Source: Paramecium tetraurelia
Lineage: Eukaryota
Length of the DNA: 64,000 nt
Direction: 5' to 3'
NCBI GenBank assembly: GCA_000165425.1
Contig: CT868085.1
Coordinates: forward strand, 248,001 to 312,000
Below the pieces are notes generated by a model. The model saw nothing but the letters and a program-made list of their open reading frames with translations, had not been told where the DNA came from and searched no databases. The number at the start of each line of letters is the position of its first letter. Position 1 is the stretch's first letter. The translations under genes were made by a program, and so were the position numbers. Of the stretch, positions 42,518 through 56,400 are shown one piece after another.

Positions 42518-45500
42518 ATGCTTGTAAAGGATAATTCATCACCATAAAAGTTTTCAGCTTAGCAACAAGAATTCAAAAAACAAAAGAGTCAACGATTTAC
42601 TATTTCTAATTAAATGAAGAAAAAGAGTCCTACAAGATATTTTAGGGAGATGAAGAGTCTAAAATAACATCGTCAATAAACGATATTAAAGAGTTCAAAA
42701 AGTTTTCAGCCTAAAAGATAAAGTTAAGATAACTCCTCAGAATCAAGCGAATGCGACAATATTGACGAGAAATCAGACATGGAAGAAAAAATTATAGCAG
42801 TACCTAATTTGAGTTTTAAAGAAGGGCTAATGGTTACACATGAATAACCAGAATAATTAACTCATAATTCTTCTGATCCACAGCATTCATAGAATCAGAA
42901 ACATCATATTATCAAAAATATCAAAAAATGCTAAGGTGATCATAGCCTGATGAGTGATATGAATTCATAAGAAAACTTACTTTCTAGAGATTAGGATTCT
43001 TTTCAGAATAGAAGCTTTTAAAATTTCTTATAAGTGTAACCAATAGAAGACAGATAAGATTTTTATGAAGAGCTTGATCCAAGAATACTCAAAAAATATT
43101 AAAAACATGCAGAGCGTAATCCTTTCGAAGATTCATATTATGTTGTGCTTACACCACTTCATGGCTTAGAACGCCTTAGATATGAATTAAATGTAATAGA
43201 TATAATTATTAATCTTAGAATTACAATGACCATCTAAATTTACTCAAACTAAGAAAATACATTGTTTATTCATTCTTATGCATACCTATGCATTTTTAAA
43301 GAATTGTAGATAGTGTCTAATTTAAAATTATCAATGGTATTCTCATTATTTGCAATTTAACTTTTTTCACTTTGAGCAATTCATCTCCACCAGTTACAAA
43401 TGAGGAATACAAATAATTTATCTTTTATTGTTTTGCTATTGAAATCGGAATAAGAATTATTGCTGCAGGAGGAATCTATCCAACCATTCATTTTTTATGC
43501 AGCAAAGAAGACATGTTTAATTTGCTATGCACATTAATTACATTCCTACATTATTTTTATCCTAAACATATTTCATTTGATCTATCACCATTAAGAATAA
43601 TTACAATATTATTATATTTGGGAGATGGATTATTACGACTTAAATACATGTTGATAGCTCTCAAAAAATCATTAATATTTTTGGCGGAGGCTATTTTTAT
43701 ATTACTTATATTATCTCTCCTATTTTCAATAATTGGAGTGTCTCTGTTTTAAGGATTATTTAATTACCGATGCTAACCTATGGTAGGAGAACCTATTGAT
43801 GAATGGGTTCAATGTTATTAAAATATTTGTCCTGATGGCATGATTTGTGTGTTTTCATCAGAGACTCCTAAGCTTCCAACTTCATTCAATAATGTGATTT
43901 TTTCCTTTGGTTAGATATTAAGAACAATAACAATGGATGATTGGAGTTGGGTTATGTTTTTCACAATGAGGATATTCCATCCTTAGATATGGATTTATTA
44001 TTTAGGAGTCATTTTTTTATGCGGTTTCTTTTCTATAAATTTAATGATAGCTGTTCTTAAGATTCATTATTCTGAGGCCACAGCAGAATGTGAAGATTAT
44101 GAGAAGTTATCAAAATAGAAAAACGATCACAGCTTAATGCGGCAGGAGATGTTTTTAAGTAAAGACCTTATTACTTATTTCGACTTGTCATTTTTAAGAT
44201 ATATTGGATTTTATTCTGTTTTGAAAAAACATAAATTATTGCTTAATACTGCCAAACCCTTAACTGAATTGATTGATGACGAGAATAAAGTCGATAAATT
44301 TAATAATTAATTGCGATTGTTGTCGTCTAAATAAAAGAAGATTTTAGACGAAGCCAAGTAGGTATTATTATGACTTAATTTTAGAAAAGTCTAAAGAAAT
44401 CTTTTTGGAATTAATTTAAAAATTTTTCTATTAAATAATGGATGCTGCCCAAATTTAAAGATCTATAAATAGAATAAAATAAAATAAATATTAAGATGTA
44501 TTCTGATGATCCAATTGAAATTTCCATACTTTTGAAATTAAGCGAATATTAATTCACTTAATTCCACAATTCTGTTAATTATCATGTAGATTAAAAATTC
44601 AAGAGTCTTAAAGATGTTTTCATATAAAAAAAGAGGTATAATATATGAATTTACAAGCTAGAGTTGCGCATAAAGAAAAAATCAAAATATATTATCAACC
44701 TCTTTTCACTAAGAAAGAAATCAAAATCATACCTCGTTAATAATCAGATGTTTCCCTAAGTCGTTATCCAATACACAAGAGTACTCGTAGAATAACTGTT
44801 TAAAGATCATTTAGTATTAAGGATGACAGTCATGGAACATAATCACCTTAAGTTAGAAAAAGATAGAATGATATTTTTGGAACTGTGAACATTAGGTCAA
44901 GAGTGGAAAGAAAATTACCATTTCAAATTTTAAGGGGAACGAGAAAATATATATATATTCATGGATTTTATATTGATTATGAGTAGATATAGGAGAAAAT
45001 AAATACAAAAATACCTAAAACAAAATAAGTTTTAGATTCAAATGAGGAGGTCTATTTATAAATTTTTTAAAGGGAAAGAGAATAAAAACTCATCAAGTCA
45101 AAAAATTGGTCAGGAAATAATGTTCTCTCTTTGAATCCTAATAGAATGTAGTAATTTCAGGAGATATTCAATAGTTTAAATAATTTCAACCATCTTATAT
45201 GGATGCCAACCTTTGGTGGCAAATTACTGATTTTACGAAGATACACTCTTATAATTATTGATAACAAGATTACTCAATTTTTCTTTGATTTCATAATTCT
45301 AATCAACTTCATATTCCTTTCATTATATGGAATAGCTGATGCTCGTATAATATCGAAATTTGAAGACATATCTACTATAATTTTATTGATTGAAATAGGG
45401 TTTCAAATGTTTACATACCCTTTGCATCGTTTCTTTTCTAGCAAGGAAAATGTGCTTTAAGCTATTATTATGATTGCAAGTTTCATTGAATTCAGTTTCA

Positions 45501-48500
45501 GTGATTATTTAAACTTAACCTAATAGTACTTAAGAATGATCAGAGGAACTAAATGCATTTTATTTTATAGATGCTTAAAATATAATTAAATGGCTGTACT
45601 CATAGGTAAAATAGCTTCAATAACATTTAAATAATACATCTATTTGACAATATTTATGTTCATTATGATTACTATATATGGGCTAATTGGAATGGATCTT
45701 TATGCTGGATAATTTGATCAAAATGAGCCCTTAGGATAGTTACACTCTTTTGATAATCCTTTGAAAGCTGGTATGACTATTTTCAATATAATGACAAATG
45801 ATGATTGGTATGGAGTATATGTAATAGGATCTGAACTCAATTTAACAGCAGCTGTAATTTTTTCATTTTCAATGGTTTTAATTTTAAATTATTTAACATA
45901 TGGATTAGTCTTGGCAATTTTATTGGATGGGTTTGGGAGATATTTAGAAGAAAAACATGATTAGGATGGAAATTAACAATAATTATTGACATCTTAAGCT
46001 TCAAACAACAGAGATGAAGAAGCCCTGAATACAGAAATAGATTCTATGTTTGATTAGAAAGTTAAGTCTTAGTATTTCTCATAAGTTTAAATTTTTGATT
46101 AAAATGAAGAGAAGGAATAACCAAAAATTAAACTTGATATTATTAAATCATTCCAGAGATCTCTAAGTATTAAGTCTTAATTATATTAGAGTAATTAAAT
46201 AAATAGATACTAATGTCGAATCCAAAGTTATATTAAGATATAGAATGCGAAACTGCTTTGTATTTCTTTGCCAAAAACAGTAGGATTAGAGTTATTTGTT
46301 GCAATATCTGCACATCAAAGAGATTTTCATGGTTTTCAAACACAGTGATGGTTTCCTCAATATTTCTTATGATAGTCAGAACATATCATGATTATGAAGA
46401 TGAAAAGAGCTAATATCCCTATATAATATTAGCAATTTTGAATGTGCTTAAGCTATTTGAGGATATCATTTCGATAATAGCTAAGGGATTATTTATGGAT
46501 AAGGGTAGTTATTTAAATTATTCCTGGTAAGTGGTGGATCTAATTTATTTGTTTGCTTTCTTTATTGATACATACAAATAAAATCCAATAATAGACGTGT
46601 GTTTATTTTTTGGACATTTTAGGCCAATGAAGCTGATGTATAGAATCAAATGGTTAGATAATATAAGGGCTGCATTAGCATAATCTTTATTGGACATGCT
46701 TAAGATTTTGTTAACTTTGATTTCTGTTTGGATAATGTTTGGAGTTTTTGGCATAATCTTATATGAAAGTTAATTTGGATTTTGTGATGATAAAATGCAA
46801 TTCAATGTTAACTAATAGGAATGCATTGAAAATGATAGGAAATGGATCAATTATAAACATAATTTTGACAATATAACAATAGCCTTGCCAACATTATTTG
46901 TAGTATCAACATTTGATGGATGGGGTGAAATAATGTAAGTGGCAGAAAATAGCAGATAAAGTAATTTAGGTCCTGCACCATTTGCATCATATTTATCAAC
47001 CTATGGTTATTTCATGTCCTTTTGTTTTATAGGTTCAATGTTCTTTTTAAGCTTTTTTACAGGAACACTGTTTTCTAAATTAAGAGTGAATTAATAAAAG
47101 ATAGAAATGTAGAATGTAACAAGGTCTTAGAAAGAGTTTGTTGAATTATGTCCTATGATACTAAAAGACTCTCCTGGTTTTTCGACTCCACCTACTAGAT
47201 TCATGGGAAGATTGTCATCATTTATAGTTAACAATTCTATTAGTTAGAAATTCATGTTTTTATTACTATTGGTTGATTTAATATGTTAATTGCAATACCA
47301 CTATGGCATGAATATAGATAAAATAAGAACCCTGAATCTAATTTAAAGGTTTTTAATTCTATTTTATGGCATATGGATAGTTTTACTATTTATGTAATTA
47401 GGTATTAATAGATACTTTGACAATTATTGGAGAAGATATTATATTTTTTTAATTTTTATCTCTCTATGTGATATCATAGCAGATTTTCAATATGATTGGG
47501 TCATCCTTTATTATGAATCCAATGTTTACACACCCAACTATTAGATATTAAGACTGGCCTTTATGACAAGATAGTTGAGACTCTTAGGAATCTTTCAGGG
47601 ATTAAGTAATTTATCAAGATTGATTCGAGTCATGGGTTTTGCTATTCCTTTTTTAGCTAAACTTATCTCTATTCTCATTATTACAATGATCATTTATGCT
47701 TTGATTGGGTGTGAACTATTTGGTAAAATTAAACAAGGGGCAGTCATTGACGAATACATAAACTTTACGAATTTCGAATATGCATTATTGGCATTATATA
47801 AGTGTGCATCAGGGGATGATTTTAGAACAATAATGACTGATACGATGCACCATAATCCATATTGTTTAGAGAACTCTGACAATTGTGGATCAGATTTTAA
47901 TTAATTATATTTCATTACTTTTATGCTATTCTCCAATTATGTTCTATTAAATTTATTTGTTCTTGGATTGATAGAATAATTTGAGGAATTCTTTCAGGTA
48001 TAGAATTCAATGATTCAAACTTACGTAGAGTAAATTGATAAGATTAAAACTACTTGGTGTAAATATTCAGCCGATAATAATGGTGAAAGCATGCATTATA
48101 AATTCCTATGTCGATTCTTACTAGATATTGGCTAACCATTGGGAGGAGGGAATGAAGATAATCTTTGGGATGCTGCGAAATTGGCATCAAAATTAAATCT
48201 TAGATGGTATCTTTATATCTATGCATCTTAGTGATCCATATGGGTATATTCAATATAATCAATTATTGTATCATTTATTTAGAAGTTGCTATCATGATGA
48301 AATCTTTAAGGATGGATCTCAAGAGTCCATCAAAAAGATTAAACAATTCAATAAAGAAATGCATACAAGATTGTATTATTATAGAAGAAACAAAACTCAG
48401 AAGAGGAGCAATATTTGTCTAAATAATTTACAATTTAAATCTAATTTTAACATTCTTCATGATTATCTAAATGTTTTAATCTTATTTAAAACTTGGTAGT

Positions 48501-48866
48501 CATACTCAAGGTTATTAGTTTAAAAAATAATCAGAAGATAAGATGATTACACAGAAAATGATGAAATGACCATTGATATGGAATATTTCAGTCCATAATA
48601 GTAAATAATTTCATTAATTTATTAGTCGGCAAACTGATTTTATATCTGATGGTTTTAGCTCAAGGAGAACAACTGATATTAAGTTCTAAGAGAATTTGAC
48701 TGGCCATCATGTATCTAGATAGAGTCATGAATCTTAGCAGCAATAGCATTAGTTACCTATTTATTAAAACACTCTGTAATAGGAAACAGATAGAATATAC
48801 GGAGGGTTTGATGAAAATGTAATTTTGGGTTTCAAAGAAATTAGATTTAAAAATTGTAATTAATGA
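42518..48866 (+). CDS. Four-domain (24-TM) voltage-gated-type cation channel alpha subunit, D/D/D/D filter; copy B
   Basis: ATG 42518, pore loops TMDDW, TNDDW, TFDGW, SGDDF; introns including 43193-43218, 44636-44661, 48207-48231 and 48601-48625; TGA 48864-48866. Confidence 0.9.
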
Positions 48867-48884
48867 TTGTAGACTATTAATTTA

Positions 48885-50210
48885 TCATACTTTTTTATTT
48901 TAGATTTGCATTTATGATTCTTGAAGTTGCTTGCTTTTACTAAAAAAATGTCTATTAGTACCAATATATAATTCTTGAGGAACCTCCTCACATTCAAATT
49001 ATAGCCCTATTTACAACAATAAAATTACTTGCATTTTTAAAGTTCGATTGACAATTTGAATTAATCTATCTATCATCAAAATTAATTCCACAAAAAGTGC
49101 ACTGCAGTTTATATTTATTTAGTTCTTCTTAATATTTCTCCTCAATATTTTACCATTTTTAATACTCTTACTAAACTTATTATTCTAACTCAGCTTTGAT
49201 TTTCAATATCTCTGCCTTAGAATCATTCATCAATTTCCAAATCATTTCATTCTTAAATTCGATCATCTATTATTATATGATACTCTATTAGTAAGACTAT
49301 TTCAATTAAACAAACTCTTATGGTAAATCGTTTGAGTAAATGTCAATTTAGGTTTTGATCCTCACCTTGGCCATTCTTTCTATGTCCCCAAGTATCTTAA
49401 TTGAGGGAACCTATTCCTGATTATTTAAAGCGTAGGATTATAGAGAATCAATATATTCAATATTACTTTGAAATTTATAATTCCAATTTAATACCTTATA
49501 AGTTCATCTTTATCTTGATATAATCTTTACAGTTTTTAATTTTCAGTTGATCTTAATCTTTCTATTATACAATCAAACTCTTCTCTAGTCATATTTTCAA
49601 TTTTTTAGGTTTGATATTTGATTTCTTCAATCCTATTTTCTATCTAATTCATCATATAAAGTACTAACCTTTTAGATTTAATAGAGTATTTCCTGTCTCT
49701 TTGGCAACAGATTTTAATTAATCTAGTTTCTAATGCTTTCAAATCGATAATCGTTTTAGTCTTAATTTCCCATATGATAATGTTGTTTGTGATAATATTG
49801 TTAATAATTTTACATTGGTTATGTCTGCTATTAATAATAAGGAATGTTATTTAATTAGCTACGATATTCTTCTTAAGTTGAATCTGACGTGAATTAATTT
49901 GTATTATAATCGGTACTTCTTTGAAAATTATTGCTCAATTACTATTAACTTTAAATTCCAGAAAAATTATTCATCTATGAAACACCATTAGAATAAGAGG
50001 ATGTGAAGGTTTGCATATATGGATCATCCTCATTATTGGCTATGATGTTATTTAATTGATACCTAGATTTTTGGTTTCTTTATCCCCTCCTCTGCTAATT
50101 ACTCTTGCTATCAATTGAGATTGTTCTAAATCAGGAACACTTTAAATTTTGGTATCCTTTTTTTCTAATTTAGCTGTTTTCTTCTTTTTATCTTTATCTT
50201 TTGAAGACAT
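48885..50210 (-). CDS. Hypothetical coiled-coil protein with C-terminal Cys/His motif
   Basis: ATG 50210 (MSSKDKDKKKK...), four tiny introns restore one frame, Q/E/K-rich heptads, LQCTFCG...NSNC...GTNRHFF, TGA 48885-48887. Confidence 0.7.
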
Positions 50211-50449
50211 TCAGTTATTAAATTTATAAAAATTATAATTCTTAATCACAATGATCTTTTTTATAGTCATAAACATACTTATATAAATTAATAATTTAAA
50301 TGAACTTACAGAAAGGGCATTAAAATGTTAAATCTAATGTATTTTATAAAAAGTGTGAAAATAAACTTCACTTTTTGATATTATTTTATTATAATTTATA
50401 GAATAATTGTTATATATAAATAGTTTAAAATAATTGAATAATTAAATAT

Positions 50450-53400
50450 GATCTCGATTTTGAATATTTAATTAAAAGGGATTAATAAAGTTGGATTATA
50501 CGAATGACATGACGCATTAATTAATGAATGATATATTATAATTTCATTTCTTTTCATTGATCAAAATAAATAAAATTAAGAAAATGAATAAGCAATAATA
50601 GAGTGTTTCAAATAGTTTAACGTCCATATGGAGTAAAAGGACTTCTATTGAAACAATCTAAAATGAAGCTCTTTCTCCTGAATTCGAAAATAGTACTTAA
50701 GACATTTCGAAATATCATTTTGTCATTGGAATTTTAAAACCTGGATAAAAAAGGATAGGCTTAATAGCTATTAACAAAAATAAACTATCAATTGCAGGCA
50801 TCCTAGGAATAAAAAAAATATAGAAATGATGCATTTCTAAATAATTGATAATCTCAATCTAAGTTGTTATTTTAATAAATTAATAATCTATATTCTCTTT
50901 TATTTTATTGACAGTCAATTTATTCAATGGCTTCTTCTATATGTAATTGAATCTTAAATTTTAATCATTTCAAATCACTTTTGGCATTCTATGATTTCTG
51001 TGAAAAACAAATAAAATGGAGATATCCTTATTTGATGCAAAAAGGAGATGAATATTTGAATCATGCTTTAAATATATTTATGTATATTAATTTTATTAGC
51101 CATATAAATTAATTAAAGTTTCTAGATAAAAAATAAATTCCGTATTTAAAATTTTAAGGATAGCTTTAATTAGGGAAAGTATGATCTTATCCTAAATCTT
51201 AAAGTTAGGCAGGTAGGTGAGAGAGAGCATTACTCTCCTGACCTTTTACTTGAGCAGACTCATTTCCAAAGCAGCCAGAATTATTGTCAAACCATGATAG
51301 GGATTCCTATGCCAATAAACAAGTTCTAAATTAATTAATTCTTTGATTCTTTCTCATCCTTCAAGAATGTTTCCAATAATAATAGTAATCTATCAAATAT
51401 TTTATAAATCAATTCTTATCCATACATTACTAGTAGTTTGTATTCTTAAGTATTATAATACGCATTAACTTAAAGTGTATTAATCTGTTATTCCTAATAT
51501 TGAATTTAATAATACTAGCTCAAAAATGTTTGATAATTAAACTACATCTTCTGTAGGATATCCAATGTTCCCTTCAAACCAGTATTAAAGTAATCAAATT
51601 ATTACTATTGTTAATATAGAGTGTCTTAAGTATAATAACATAAGTTATCCTTTAGCAAATGATTTATTTCACTCAACACACTTAATTGTTGTATTTAGGG
51701 CAACCTCGATTGATATTACTCAGAAGTGACAATAATTTTTGAGGAATTCGAATCATATCCATAATCTAAATTCAATTACTCTAAAAACTTTGACATATCA
51801 CTAATGTATGATTTGATTTTGCTAGTGTCAGAAGAGATTGTTAGGAGAAAGTAAGAAATCTATTAATCGTAATAGAAATTCAATAAAGTAAATTGTGTGG
51901 GGATACTGGTAGATTACATATTTAAATATCTTTAAGTAGTGATCGATAATTTTGAAATTAAGCTTGTAGTATATACACTTGTGCTAACAGTTTAATCGAA
52001 ATAGTCTATAAAAGGAGTAAATGTATTGATTTAAGTTTGAATAATAATTATAGAAAATATTAAATAGCCAATAGAAATTGATGAAATCATAACATACAAT
52101 CCCATGTCTTACCAAATGCTTAAAGTAGTATCACTTAATTTGGAATAAAAATAAGAGCTTTCATTTCCTTTTGATTTGACATTACCATTTTTAGTGTATT
52201 TCCCATTTAAATCAATATCCTTACTTTTATTATAAAAGATGAGTTTGACTTGGTTTTGTATGACTACAAAGATATTGACTAATTCATCCTCATTATTTAA
52301 TTTTTCATCATCTTCTTATAAGTCTCCTTAACTCGTGATATTATTGCTAGTAATTGAATTAGATCCTGAAGGAGTACTATGTCCACTTCTTTTCATGTCC
52401 TCCTTTTCAGAATTTCAGAGTTTTCTCTGAAACTTTGCTCTTGTGATTCAAATTAATCATTTTTTACTTCAATATTTGATACTCTCCTAAGATTTAATCT
52501 ACCAAACAACTTTGCAAATAGAGCTGTAGGACTTGAAAAAGAGTTCTTCCTTTCCTCAGGAACAGAGAGTGAGGAGGGCTATTTCTCTCTTTATTATTAT
52601 TATTATATAGGTTATAAAAAGGATGGAGCATTTAGAGTAGTAGGAGTTTCAGAAGGAGGATCTTTTGGATTAAGAGCCTTTTCTATCTTCTTTAAAAAAG
52701 ATAACTTAAGTTTTTTCTTTGGTGGTTCTTCCTTTAGTCTGAGAGACTACTTGATTATTCCTTTAGATATTCTTTACTTTGAATTGACATCTATTTAATT
52801 TTTTCAATAGAATTTTACCTCTTTAATTATGGGACGTTTAAATTCAATGATTGAGTCATAGAATGATTGCCACCTTTTGGAATTAGACTTTCTTTCATTC
52901 ATTTTCAATATCAAACGAGGACTCATTTAATTTTTGATTTTGAGCTACAAAATTGACTTTCATGTTTGGTCCATCGTCTCTATCTAGTTAAGTTAGATAT
53001 GATCTGCTATCTGGAATAGCCAAAGTGACAATGATTGGTTAATCAATATCTCCCTTATATTTAATTTATTATTGAGGAGTACCGAAACTCTCTTATTTTG
53101 AATGGATAAAGATCTTTTAGGCTTCTCTTTGTCAAATGAATCCAAGGAAGAAGCCTATTAAATCAAGCTTTTCCTTAATTCTTCACCTCAATCAAATTAT
53201 TGATTTTTTTCTTTCTTCATATGAATTTTTAAAACATCCTTTCTTTTTGCTGTTTATAGATTTAATGATCATAATCTGCACACAAAATATAGGAATTGAT
53301 CTTTTTCGCTTGCTCCTCCAACTCCTACATCAATTGAAGAAACACACTTGTACCTAACTTACTGCAGTAATTTGGCATCATGAGATTCTAAGGCTTCTTT

Positions 53401-56400
53401 TAATAAGGCTTTAGAATAACATTTTCTCACTTAATTATCAATAAAATCTTAGAATTCAGCATCGAATAAGTGATAACAATTCTACTGTTACTTAATGTAG
53501 GCATATCTGTTCTACATTTGCTATCTACGTATATATTTAATTTCCATATCATTCTTACTCTCCATAAATCGCTCTCCTGCATCATGAAAATATTCAATTA
53601 ATTCATTATAATTCTTAGGCACATAGAGGATCAATCTTTCATCTTGCAATAAGGACATGTTCTTTTTCATCAATGAAATTGTTCATAATGAAGTTTCTAT
53701 ACTGATCTTTACCTAACATAGCACTGGATAATCCAACTTAATTTAAGCTCTGTTATCGATCAATAAATTGACTAATTTATCTTTATAACATATTACTAGC
53801 CTGACTTTCAAATAACTTATTATTATTTTATTGTTAGACATCTTAGTTTTTCTGATTGTCTGTTAACTGATTAAATTATTCTTGAGATTCTCTTTATAAT
53901 AGATGTCTTTGGCCAGTAAATCTGTAATAGTTTTTCCAACCTAAGTCAAAAAGTGTTAGATACTTCCAAATTGTAACAAAATGTCTGATGGTTTTTGATA
54001 TGTTCTTTTCAATTAAAATTTTGTTGTGCCTAATTTTTAATGCGTAGTTATGGTTTTCTTAAATAATTTAGCATTTTTATCTCTGGCTATGTTATGTAAT
54101 AAGGCATTTTTCAGATGTCCAAGTTTCTCCATTTTTTAATTTACAGACTTATACTGGACCATCCCAAATTCATCCAAAGCTCCTTTCAATATCAATTTAT
54201 CAAAAGTATGCAAGGAAACACCTAAGATACGAACCCATTAATCAAAAATAAGATATTCATCATCATCTTTAATTTTCAAAATAGATCCTAAAAGTGTAAA
54301 ATCAGACAGAGTTTAAAAATTAAAAGATAAGTTGGTGTTGATTGGAAATACAAATCTTTAGGCATCACATGCATAAGAATTGATTGGTTTGTCATAATAA
54401 TAAGTGTATCCCCTTTGTATGAATCTAGAAATGAAATAATTGTGAGAGGCAGTCAAATATGGAGGCATAATGCTTGAAATTTGTAATTTGTCTGAGTTCT
54501 AACTCGAATTAGATGATTGTAGTCCCCTAATACGTAGATTTTGAATCATATCCTCATAATTTGCATATCCCAAAATATCAACTAATCTATTTGAGACTCC
54601 CTTAAGGATTTAGCCACTCTATACTCCAGCACTTACTTCTAAAGTCACTAGATCTCCTGAGAGCCATTAGAAATGCCAATCTATCCTTATTTATGAGCTG
54701 CTCTACTCAACTACCATGAATCTTCTACTTTCCTTTAGAAAACGACTGCCTATTTATAATCTGAATCAAAAAAGAGAGATCTAAAGCATTGATACTTCAA
54801 ATAGTATCAATAGTTCTTTTGAACTTGATTGGTGAAGCCACTCAATATTATATCTACTTTGTTCCTACTCTGTTCAATTTAAAGTGAAATTTTGATAATA
54901 TCATCGAGAAATCGATTCATATTCTGAATATCTCCAGAACATAAATTCTCCCAAAATGTTATCTTTTTCCTCAACACAGATACAATACTCTTAACAATAT
55001 CCTCTTTAACCATTTCCAATCGCAAAATTTCAGTCACATTCATTTTGACAAGGTCATAATATGAGTTTTTGTCTTCGAAGTGTTTTAATTTTAAGAGCAT
55101 TAATAAATTATGATTCTTGTACTTTGGTAACATTACTAAAGAAGTAAGAAAATTGAACAGTTCTACTTTGTATTTGTTTGATTTTGGTGAGAGATTAAAG
55201 GCTGTTTACTTGAAGAAGAACATAAAGAAATGTACTTCAATGATAAATATTCAACTTCATCCAAATGCAAGGAAAATGACAATTATTAAATAGTTTAATG
55301 GAACTATCTTTTGTCATATTATGAAATAAGATCTTCGTTGATCGTATTATTCTTGATGAATTTCATTGGTTAAAATTAGATGGTCAAAGGTTTGCTATTC
55401 AAACTGAGGATGACCTCCACCAGCAAAGGAATCATTTTTACGACTTCCATCTTTGATAGTCTTCTGAAATTAACTGACATCCAAATTTTGAGAAATGTTC
55501 CAAGGATTACTGTTTTTATCTCCATTGCTCAACAGAGCTGTTTTAGATGAAAATGATGATCTGTGACTCATACTTTCTTAATTTTGAGTTTTGGATTAGA
55601 TAAATCTTCTTTGCATTCACAATTTGGATCATTGCAGTTTTGAGTGTGATATTTCAACACATAGAGAGACAGCATGAATATATATGAATCCATTCCGGCT
55701 TACTCCACATACCAAACAAGAGCTTCTAAAGACGAACACAATTTCTTTATGTCCATCTATTTCATTGATCCAGTTAGAGTTTACAATATTAAATCCTTCA
55801 ATTTCCTGCCCTAAAGCGATTAGATAAATATAAGAATATTGGAAATACCAAGAGGAAAGTCTCAAAGATGTTATCCCAATTATTGAAGGGTAGATCTAGG
55901 AGAGGGAACCCAAAAAGGATACTATGAATAGGCCTGTTGTTCCAAACATATAGACTTTGTTTCAAATGTTACCTTGTATGGCAGGAACAACATTATGTCC
56001 ACCAATTTGAAAATGCTGAGCAACCAAAAAATATATGGCTGGATCTGCATGTCTGTGTTCCAATCTATGGCTACTATAAATATCACAATCAGATAATAGC
56101 AATAAGATATTAGATTTTATGTTCTATACAATCTCAATTAATTGAATTGATAACTGCGATAGAAGTAGAAGTAAATTAACACAATAATGGAGTGCAGAAA
56201 TATGTTTATGATTGGCAATGCACTCCAAGCACTACTTTGTTTATAGAGCAACCCAAAGTTGATAGATAACTAGAATTTAATCAAGTGCCTAAAATTGGAC
56301 AGCTAAGCTTCACTGCACTTTCAATTCCCTATGACAGTAAGATGTGCAATCTATTGAATTTTTTTCCGACATAATTATCTTGTTCTAATTCTAAAGTTTC

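Noticed and set aside
36027..47882. ORF-track entries 36027+, 39906+, 46545- and 47694-
   Set aside because: All lie antisense within the two four-domain channel genes.
51205..51250. Small GAGAG/CTCTC hairpin considered as ncRNA or terminator
   Set aside because: Short imperfect stem inside the pseudogene; no tRNA or snRNA features.
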